DNA of 63,514 bases from a virus (lineage: Duplodnaviria > Caudoviricetes): the IMG/VR virus record IMGVR_UViG_3300025086_000018, positions 1 through 63,514 of that record; one strand, given 5' to 3'. This document shows, piece by piece, positions 56,410 through 62,855 of this stretch; positions within the stretch are counted from its first letter, which is position 1; every line of letters begins with the position of its first letter. A program made the translations under genes and the position numbers. Under the pieces are notes generated by a model. That model saw nothing but the letters and a program-made list of their open reading frames with translations. It was not told the DNA's origin and made no database searches.

Positions 56410-56526
56410 ATTTTCTATTTATTTGTTTAGTTATAACTATATAATCCAATTTTACTTTCGTACCGCTTGGGTCTCGCGGTTAATTTAGTATATTACAGGT
56501 AAAGCGAAATATTTACAAGTGCATAG

Positions 56527-56573
56527 TGTGACACAAGCCTACTACTAGGTATACCTTACAGGCTAATGTCACA
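56527..56573. promoter_or_regulatory. Second inverted-repeat site TGTGACAnnAGCC-N21-GGCTnnTGTCACA at the strand-divergence point
   Basis: TGTGACACAAGCC (56527-56539) and GGCTAATGTCACA (56561-56573). Confidence 0.7.
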
Positions 56574-56753
56574 GTATAAATAAAATAATATTAGATACCC
56601 GGGGCTATAGCGTAGCCCACCCCAAAATTAAATTGCGTCATCAAACGAAAATGAAATATATAATTGCGGGCCCCCTTGTTTATTTACGATTTTATTATAT
56701 ATATATGATTTTTTACGATATAATATTGTGTGTTAATATTTTAATGTATACGA

Positions 56754-56786
56754 TACAAAGTAACTACGACTTCATTATGATAATAT
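56754..56786 (+). promoter_or_regulatory. Early promoter-like motif copy 1
   Basis: TACAAAGTAACTACGA-N9-GATAATAT. Confidence 0.75.
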
Positions 56787-56824
56787 ATATGTAAATAAAT
56801 TAATAACTAAATAAAATAAATAAA

Positions 56825-56920
56825 ATGAAAACTTTAAATTACATCAAATCAAATTACATTACATTAATCACTCAAACAATATTAATATCTTACTTCATAA
56901 CATTATTAATAATTAAATAA
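56825..56920 (+). CDS. Tiny hydrophobic early protein (31 aa)
   Basis: MKTLNYIKSNYITLITQTILISYFITLLIIK after an A-rich leader, between motif copies 1 and 2. Confidence 0.45.
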   Translation: MKTLNYIKSNYITLITQTILISYFITLLIIK

Positions 56921-56954
56921 TACAAAGTAAATACGAGCAATATATGATTATAAT
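56921..56954 (+). promoter_or_regulatory. Early promoter-like motif copy 2
   Basis: TACAAAGTAAATACGA-N9-GATTATAAT. Confidence 0.75.
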
Positions 56955-57051
56955 AATATAACAATTACTTAAATACATATACACATTGCACTACAACTCT
57001 TAACAAATAATAACTAATAAACTAATATACACCTTTAAAATTAAACTAATT

Positions 57052-57192
57052 ATGAAAAATTTAACTAAAAAACAAACTAAAGAAATTACTTCACTTTATG
57101 AAATGCTATCAAATGGCTGGCATTATACTAACTCGCCAAACTATCACAAGTTTATGAAAGCTCATAATGATTTACAAGATTATAAATCATAA
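57052..57192 (+). CDS. Small early protein (46 aa)
   Basis: MKNLTKKQTKEITSLYEMLSNGWHY...; stop abuts motif copy 3. Confidence 0.5.
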   Translation: MKNLTKKQTKEITSLYEMLSNGWHYTNSPNYHKFMKAHNDLQDYKS

Positions 57193-57226
57193 TACAAACT
57201 AAATACGAACTAAACAAGATTATAAT
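57193..57226 (+). promoter_or_regulatory. Early promoter-like motif copy 3
   Basis: TACAAACTAAATACGA-N9-GATTATAAT. Confidence 0.75.
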
Positions 57227-57272
57227 AATATAAAACAAAACAAATAATATAAACTAATAAATAAATATAACT

Positions 57273-57503
57273 ATGAATAATTTAACTACAAAGAGATTTG
57301 TGATAAGAAAATCACTAATCGGCGAAAACAAAGTAATAACTTTTACTAACAAGAAAAATGTGACTTTCACTTATGATCACGACGAAGTGTACTCAACATT
57401 TCAAGAAAAATTTGAAACTATGAATTGCTTTCAACAATATGGCTCTTATACAAATTCAAATACTGTACCAAAGTTTTGCAGAAATTTAAGTGAAATATCT
57501 TAA
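57273..57503 (+). CDS. Early hypothetical protein
   Basis: TKRFVIRKSLIG...YDHD.VY...Y.SYTNS..VP; A-rich leader. Confidence 0.7.
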   Translation: MNNLTTKRFVIRKSLIGENKVITFTNKKNVTFTYDHDEVYSTFQEKFETMNCFQQYGSYTNSNTVPKFCRNLSEIS

Positions 57504-57512
57504 TAAAACTAA

Positions 57513-57576
57513 ACTCGTAGTTGATCACCATAATTTAGCGAGTATAAACAATACGAACACTTGGTGCAGCACGAAC
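57513..57576 (+). ncRNA. Candidate pseudoknotted RNA (pistol-ribozyme-like 5' end)
   Basis: ACTCG/CGAGT stem followed by ATAAACA; loop CACCA complementary to downstream TGGTG. Confidence 0.35.
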
Positions 57577-57594
57577 TAATAAATAAATATAACT

Positions 57595-57789
57595 ATGTAT
57601 AATCCTAACTCGCCAAGTAATTGGTCATGGTCTAAAGCATTCGCAGAAATGGAAAAGACAGTAAACAGAGCTGAACTTGAACAGCAAATAATAAACCATC
57701 TTCATGGCTACAAAGTAGAAGGTAAATTCCTTGAACTAAGTAAGTCACAACAAGATGATCACTATGAAATACTAAATCAAATACTATAA
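57595..57789 (+). CDS. Early hypothetical protein
   Basis: 64-aa ORF with duplicated leader. Confidence 0.65.
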   Translation: MYNPNSPSNWSWSKAFAEMEKTVNRAELEQQIINHLHGYKVEGKFLELSKSQQDDHYEILNQIL

Positions 57790-57791
57790 AG

Positions 57792-57846
57792 TTTAACTGA
57801 TGATTCTTCAATAGATGAAAGTGTAAGTCGAACTCCACTTATTAAA
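57792..57846 (+). ncRNA. Candidate type I hammerhead-like RNA (non-canonical)
   Basis: TTTAA-CTGATGA-T-TCT.tcaat.AGA-T-GAAA-GTG...CAC-TTA-TTAAA. Confidence 0.4.
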
Positions 57847-58127
57847 GTAGTGATACGAGAGCGCAACTATTAAACAATAAAATAATAACTATGAATGATA
57901 CTTATGAATTCGAAATATACTATGGTGAGATAGAAGAACCATTATATTTAACTAATGACAAAGAATATATATGTGAGTCAATGTATGACTTCATGCAAGA
58001 TGAACTAGGAATAATTATGAACGAAGTAATATATAAAGTAAACAAACTATGATCTTTTTAGCAGCACCAATTGCTTTCGCAGCAATAGTAACAATAACAA
58101 TATTAGTAACATCAATTAAAGAAATAT

Positions 58128-58361
58128 TTGACAATGATTAAAGTAATAATAACAGTACTACAACTACTACAACCATATGAATTACCTGAACAAGCTTATT
58201 GGAATGAAGCAATAGATAACGTTCAAGATCAAATGACTTGGATAAAAGAAGACATAAGTAATGGTAGAATAACAGAAGAAGAAGCTCAATATTACTTAGA
58301 CAACTTAGATAGAACTGAAGATTTACTTATTCATTTATACAATGTTAATACGAACAAGTAA
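58128..58361 (+). CDS. Early protein with hydrophobic N-terminus; paralogue of 60006-60239
   Basis: Shared N-x6-W-x-K-x-D-x2-N-x2-I-x7-Y-x6-T-x2-LL pattern. Confidence 0.6.
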   Translation: MTMIKVIITVLQLLQPYELPEQAYWNEAIDNVQDQMTWIKEDISNGRITEEEAQYYLDNLDRTEDLLIHLYNVNTNK

Positions 58362-58371
58362 AGATTATAAT
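58338..58371 (+). promoter_or_regulatory. Early promoter-like motif copy 4
   Basis: TACAATGTTAATACGA-N9-GATTATAAT. Confidence 0.7.
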
Positions 58372-58376
58372 AACAA

Positions 58377-58640
58377 ATGATAAATACAAAATACATATCA
58401 ACTAAATATCTCGACGCCATCATTCTCGATGACGACTATATCAAGTTAGTGATCAACCGAGTACAAAAATCTCCGTACGGTTATACTAAACGAGATCTAT
58501 TATCATCACCATTCGGTGTAAAAACAAAAGCATTCACTTACGACTTTGTAAGTAATAAGGTAGACGAGGTGTATTCTACCTTTCCAAACGACGAAATACA
58601 CGAATTAATAACCAAAGTAAAACAATATAAAAATGGTTAA
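58377..58640 (+). CDS. Early hypothetical protein
   Basis: 87-aa ORF 5 nt after motif copy 4. Confidence 0.65.
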   Translation: MINTKYISTKYLDAIILDDDYIKLVINRVQKSPYGYTKRDLLSSPFGVKTKAFTYDFVSNKVDEVYSTFPNDEIHELITKVKQYKNG

Positions 58641-58934
58641 ACAAGCAATAATTAAGTTTTGTTACAAAGCTGTAGAAGATAAAATGCTAAAGATATATGC
58701 TTACTGCATGACTACAATCTTCTTATCAATCTGGATACCTGCAATGGTACTCGTAATCAAAGAAATAATACAAACATTCTTTTAAGCTATGAATAAATTA
58801 ACAAAACAACTAGAAAACCTGTATTCTTGGACACAATTCTATCAGCAAACTGGTGATAAAGTACAAATAAGAAAGTGTCAAACTGAAATCGCTCAGTTGA
58901 AAAAAGCGTTTAATGACTTAAAAACTAAGAAAAA

Positions 58935-59225
58935 GTGAATAGTACTAATGCAATAGAAAAAGCACTAAAAGAAAGAGTAAGTGCAGAGTGCAGAGAAATA
59001 GTTGACGACTTTATATCTGACTTAGAAAAACTATCAAAGAAATATGGTGGAGCTAGTAGCTTTTATGACTTCAAGAAAGATAACAGCAAAGATGCTAGAG
59101 AATTTATGGTAACAGGAACTCATGGAGTGACAGAAGTGCTACATAGAATGTTATTAGATAACCATGGATCTGCTATGTTGAAGTATAAATCAAAAGAATT
59201 ACTAAATAAACTAGAATTAATATGA
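58935..59225 (+). CDS. Early hypothetical protein
   Basis: 96-aa ORF, GTG start. Confidence 0.6.
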   Translation: MNSTNAIEKALKERVSAECREIVDDFISDLEKLSKKYGGASSFYDFKKDNSKDAREFMVTGTHGVTEVLHRMLLDNHGSAMLKYKSKELLNKLELI

Positions 59226-59327
59226 GTTGCCCATGGCAAGTAGCTTACCAACTACATAAAGATAGGTACACTAAAGACGAAATAGATGACATGCTATTAT
59301 GTGAAATTAACGAACTAATATACGATT

Positions 59328-59528
59328 ATGAGTAAAAGCAAACAAATACATTGGAATGCCGACACTATCGATCACTTCATATTCATAAGTAATTATGCTG
59401 ATGTTGATCAAGTGTTAACACAAGTGACAGCTTTTGTTGAAGCTGATTGCGAGCTGCAAGGCGATGATACTGAGAACGACTTAGTAGAAGACTTAATGAA
59501 TAAAATATACGAAAGAAGATATGAGTAA
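59328..59528 (+). CDS. Early acidic hypothetical protein
   Basis: 66-aa ORF. Confidence 0.55.
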   Translation: MSKSKQIHWNADTIDHFIFISNYADVDQVLTQVTAFVEADCELQGDDTENDLVEDLMNKIYERRYE

Positions 59529-59665
59529 ATATGTAAGCAGAACAATGCAAGAAATACATGACCTCTTTCACCACAACTTTGGCGGTGATGTAGAAGAGAT
59601 AACATGGTACTTAGAAGAACTAATACCTAAATTACAAGACGAATTAGATTATTACCAAACTTTTA

Positions 59666-59851
59666 ATGGTGAAGAAAATGACTGAAACACAAAAAATAGA
59701 GGCGATAACAAAAGATATCTTAGCCGGATACTACGGTACTACACAGAAATGTGGTACAGAAACACAAAAGTGGCAATATGCTCACAACCAAGCAAGGAAG
59801 ATCTTTGAAGGTGAATTAATAATAGATCCACTACATACTCCTGTAATATGA
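59666..59851 (+). CDS. Early hypothetical protein
   Basis: 61-aa ORF. Confidence 0.55.
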   Translation: MVKKMTETQKIEAITKDILAGYYGTTQKCGTETQKWQYAHNQARKIFEGELIIDPLHTPVI

Positions 59852-60005
59852 GCGATTTTAGAACAGTACAAGAATATATGCAGTTTCAAGAAGAAACAGC
59901 AATACCTAAACTAAGATGGTGGCAAGTACAAGCTTTAGAAGCGGATTGTCCTAACGATCAAGATCTAGGCGCCAAGGTAAGAGAATTAGTTAAAAAACAC
60001 GCATC

Positions 60006-60239
60006 ATGAAAAAACTATTAATAATATTAGCATTGACTAGTTGTTCTACACAAAAATCACTAAAAGTTGTGTTATATAAAGATGGAAATGTTAAAAAAAT
60101 AGAAAAAAACCTTGATGGTTTAGAGAGATGGCTAAAATTTGACTACGTTAATGAGCAAATCTCGCCAAGATGTTACAAGAATTATACTATGTTTATAGAA
60201 CATACTAGAGTCTTATTACAAACTAACAACGAACAGTAA
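60006..60239 (+). CDS. Putative lipoprotein
   Basis: MKKLLIILALTS-C lipobox signal peptide. Confidence 0.65.
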   Translation: MKKLLIILALTSCSTQKSLKVVLYKDGNVKKIEKNLDGLERWLKFDYVNEQISPRCYKNYTMFIEHTRVLLQTNNEQ

Positions 60240-60250
60240 TTGATTATAAT
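60217..60250 (+). promoter_or_regulatory. Early promoter-like motif copy 5
   Basis: TACAAACTAACAACGA-N9-GATTATAAT. Confidence 0.75.
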
Positions 60251-60501
60251 AATATGAAAACAATTAAATTTTATGCAAGCGACAGATCTAAGATAAAGAT
60301 CGGCTGGGAAACAATAACACAAAAGAAAGTAAGTCAAATAGTAAAAGGCTACACTATAGATAGCATACCAGATGAGTGTAACTCATGGTTCAACTACAAA
60401 GGTTTAACTTTTGTAATCAACTAAAAACCACGACTTCAACGCACCGTGTCGTAGCGGTGAAGAAGACAAACAGTGGGGTTGAGTGACGGCTCAACTTGGA
60501 C

Positions 60502-60614
60502 AGCGAGGTCAGGTGTATACGGATTAAATGAGGTAAATGTTCGCATAGAAAACCCATCGATGAAGTTACAGACTGTTCTAGACATGAGAGGTTCGACTCC
60601 TCTCTCTCGCTCTA
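60502..60614 (+). ncRNA. tRNA-like RNA (acceptor stem plus T-arm, atypical interior)
   Basis: AGCGAGG (60502-08) pairs with TCTCGCT (60605-11); GAGAGG-TTCGACT-CCTCTC T-arm; no canonical anticodon arm or CCA. Confidence 0.5.
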
Positions 60615-60829
60615 TGAAAAACAAATGCAAATGTGGAAATGATATCCACCCAGTAAGAATTAAGTATGGTTACAACAACTGCGTAAGTTGCTCTACAATA
60701 GAAAAGTACGGTTGTGCACCAGTTATTAACCACAAAACAGGCAATAGCATAGAAATATTGTCTCGAGCAGATGCAGAGCGCATCGCCAAACTAACCCGTC
60801 GTAAAGGTTACGGCACAATGCTAAGATAA
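60614..60829 (+). CDS. C4 zinc-finger protein, DksA/TraR-finger-like (track ORF starts 60473; likely start 60614)
   Basis: CKCGNDIHPVRIKYGYNNCVSC. Confidence 0.6.
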   Translation: MKNKCKCGNDIHPVRIKYGYNNCVSCSTIEKYGCAPVINHKTGNSIEILSRADAERIAKLTRRKGYGTMLR

Positions 60830-60830
60830 T

Positions 60831-61268
60831 ATGGCAGATTTAAATAAACTAAGACAAAATAATCCACACTGGCAACCAGAAGATGGTGACTTAGATCCAG
60901 TACAAAAAGTGTTAGCTCAACAAATAGATGAAGAGCTTAAAGAAGGTATTAAAGAAATGGTAGATAAGCATCAAGAAGATCTTGACAAAGCATCAGCTGA
61001 AGGATCCACTAAGTATTTTCCTAAAGAAGAGTGTCCACTAGATCCTATTGAAGAAGCTAAAATACTGATAGTCAACAAGATAACTAAACACTTTCAAGAT
61101 GTAATGTTTGAAATGGTTAACGAAGAAATGAGTAAATGCTATTTGTTTCAAACACAAAACTATTTCACTGAAGCAGGTTACGAGATGTTTGAAGAAGAAT
61201 GGTTTGAATTCTATCACCACAACCATGGTGACATTCTATACGAGGTAATGCAAAACATTGGAGACTAA
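60831..61268 (+). CDS. Early acidic hypothetical protein
   Basis: 145-aa ORF. Confidence 0.65.
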   Translation: MADLNKLRQNNPHWQPEDGDLDPVQKVLAQQIDEELKEGIKEMVDKHQEDLDKASAEGSTKYFPKEECPLDPIEEAKILIVNKITKHFQDVMFEMVNEEMSKCYLFQTQNYFTEAGYEMFEEEWFEFYHHNHGDILYEVMQNIGD

Positions 61269-61269
61269 A

Positions 61270-61302
61270 TACAAACTAAATACGAACACCATAAGATAAT
61301 AT
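61270..61302 (+). promoter_or_regulatory. Early promoter-like motif copy 6
   Basis: TACAAACTAAATACGA-N9-GATAATAT. Confidence 0.75.
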
Positions 61303-61306
61303 AAAT

Positions 61307-61540
61307 ATGAAAACATTATATGACCAACTAAAACCAGAAATTAAAGCTAAACTCGAAGAAAACTATGCCGAAGGCTATGTTACAAGCATAGAGTTTATTT
61401 TTAAACAATTAAAAACCAAAGATAGATACAGTGAACTAACCATTGATGAAGTGAAAACTTTGAATACATTTGCAAGTGCAGACTATTTTCAGTTAAATCA
61501 CATAGACTTAATGTACGGCGATCATCTATTTAATAACTAA
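61307..61540 (+). CDS. Early hypothetical protein
   Basis: MKTLYDQLKPEIK..L; ATG 4 nt after motif copy 6. Confidence 0.65.
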   Translation: MKTLYDQLKPEIKAKLEENYAEGYVTSIEFIFKQLKTKDRYSELTIDEVKTLNTFASADYFQLNHIDLMYGDHLFNN

Positions 61541-61545
61541 ACCAA

Positions 61546-61899
61546 ATGACAGAAAAACAATACGAAGAAGCATTAATTGCGCTAGGCGCAAAGAATGTAA
61601 CCACAAGTAGAAACAAAAAGAATGGAACTACAGCTTTTAAATTACCAACAGGTCAAGTAGTATCTGAACATAAAACAGGATATATTAGAAGAAATATATA
61701 CAGAGAAGATAACCCAACAGCTGGCGGATTATGTTACCAACTAAATCCTACTTATAATGTACCTTATCAGTGCATAGCACAAGATGGTAAATTACATAGA
61801 TATGAAGGTTCTAAAGCTAGAACACTTATATGGTCTAGAAAAGCAAGACTAAAGAAACTATTTTTATACACAATTAAAAAGATTAACAATGGGAGTTAG
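61546..61899 (+). CDS. Early hypothetical protein
   Basis: VTT.R..KNGT...GYIRR...YQLN. Confidence 0.65.
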   Translation: MTEKQYEEALIALGAKNVTTSRNKKNGTTAFKLPTGQVVSEHKTGYIRRNIYREDNPTAGGLCYQLNPTYNVPYQCIAQDGKLHRYEGSKARTLIWSRKARLKKLFLYTIKKINNGS

Positions 61900-62341
61900 G
61901 AATTACGCAAGAGAAGGACACATGCTCGAAGAAAGAATGATCGAGCTAGTTAAAAATCATTTAGAAATATCAATATCTCAAGATGTAAGTGACTTTGACA
62001 ATGTTGATTGTCATATATATAGTGAATCTACTGCAGATGGCTATGACGTTTATGTATGTACTAATGATACTAGACAACCTAGTATTTGTGAAGATGTATA
62101 CTATTATGATAATGAGTTGTCTGATGCTTTTCAAGAGCAAGTAAGATGGGGTGACAAAACATTCTACATATGTGATAGCATATACGAAGACTGTTACTTT
62201 GATGACACTTTAGTTGAGATGTTTGTAGAATACGTTGAAGATATTATAGAAAATGACGAACTAGATATTACGTTAGAAGAAATTGAATACTTAAAGAAAG
62301 AATATGAAATAGAAGAAGAAACTGAAACTACTAATAGTTAA
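61889..62341 (+). CDS. Very acidic early protein
   Basis: D/E-rich, 150 aa. Confidence 0.65.
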   Translation: MGVRNYAREGHMLEERMIELVKNHLEISISQDVSDFDNVDCHIYSESTADGYDVYVCTNDTRQPSICEDVYYYDNELSDAFQEQVRWGDKTFYICDSIYEDCYFDDTLVEMFVEYVEDIIENDELDITLEEIEYLKKEYEIEEETETTNS

Positions 62342-62354
62342 TTAGTTTAGTTAT

Positions 62355-62513
62355 CCACGATAGCGCGTGAGATGTGTATGTAGTGAATAGGTCCGATCAG
62401 CAGACAACGAAACTACAATCTTACTCACTTGGCAAGCTCGTACTTTCCCTTTAACTCTCCTGTAGATCCTATAGGTGTTGAGAGTTATAAGTGGCGGTAC
62501 GGGCTTTTCGTGG
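62355..62513 (+). ncRNA. Candidate ~160-nt multi-stem structured RNA
   Basis: Nested helices CCACGA/TCGTGG, GTGAG/CTCAC, TGTAGT/ACTACA, AGCTCGTAC/GTACGGGCT, TAACTCTC/GAGAGTTA, CTGTAG/CTATAG in an ORF-free, GC-elevated gap. Confidence 0.6.
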
Positions 62514-62515
62514 TA

Positions 62516-62549
62516 TACAAACTAACTACGAATACTAATAGATAATATT
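62516..62549 (+). promoter_or_regulatory. Early promoter-like motif copy 7
   Basis: TACAAACTAACTACGA-N9-GATAATATT. Confidence 0.75.
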
Positions 62550-62552
62550 AAT

Positions 62553-62855
62553 ATGGATAAAAAACAAATGAACGAATTAGCTGATCTTATTATAAGCAAG
62601 CTAGAAGTTAAACAAACAGAGTGGGATGAAGAGTTTCACAGTTCCGTGCAAGATCTTTATGGCAAAGAATCTAGCAAAGAAGCTTTTGTTATGACTGAAG
62701 AAGAAGCTTTGATAGGTGAACTAGCAAGACTACAAACACTATGCATGATATTCGAAAATAAAGAAGAATATGAAAAAGCAGCTATAGTGTTAAGCAAATT
62801 AAATGCAATTAAAACTAAACTAAGAAAAGGAGATTATGACGGAGACGACGATTAA
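62553..62855 (+). CDS. Hypothetical protein with a UvrB/C-like C-terminal motif
   Basis: ENKEEYEKAAIV..KL. Confidence 0.6.
   Translation: MDKKQMNELADLIISKLEVKQTEWDEEFHSSVQDLYGKESSKEAFVMTEEEALIGELARLQTLCMIFENKEEYEKAAIVLSKLNAIKTKLRKGDYDGDDD

Noticed and set aside
55925-56488. Antisense ORFs in the track (this 187-aa one and others, e.g. 9491-9841, 19063-19416, 42256-42582) and same-strand nested ORFs (e.g. 39520-39975)
   Set aside because: They lie over well-supported genes; the antisense ones are L/F/S-rich mirror translations
60502-60614. Canonical tRNA or tmRNA gene
   Set aside because: Interior too long for a tRNA with no 7-nt anticodon loop arm; too short for tmRNA with no tag frame; no CCA
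62379-62417. Type III hammerhead within the 160-nt RNA (GAAAC-TACA pairing with TGTAG)
   Set aside because: CUGANGA is absent (CCGATCA) and the cleavage triplet would be GUG
56754-62549. Repeated motif as a CRISPR array
   Set aside because: Copies are degenerate, 167 to about 1900 bp apart, separated by ORFs, and no cas genes are present
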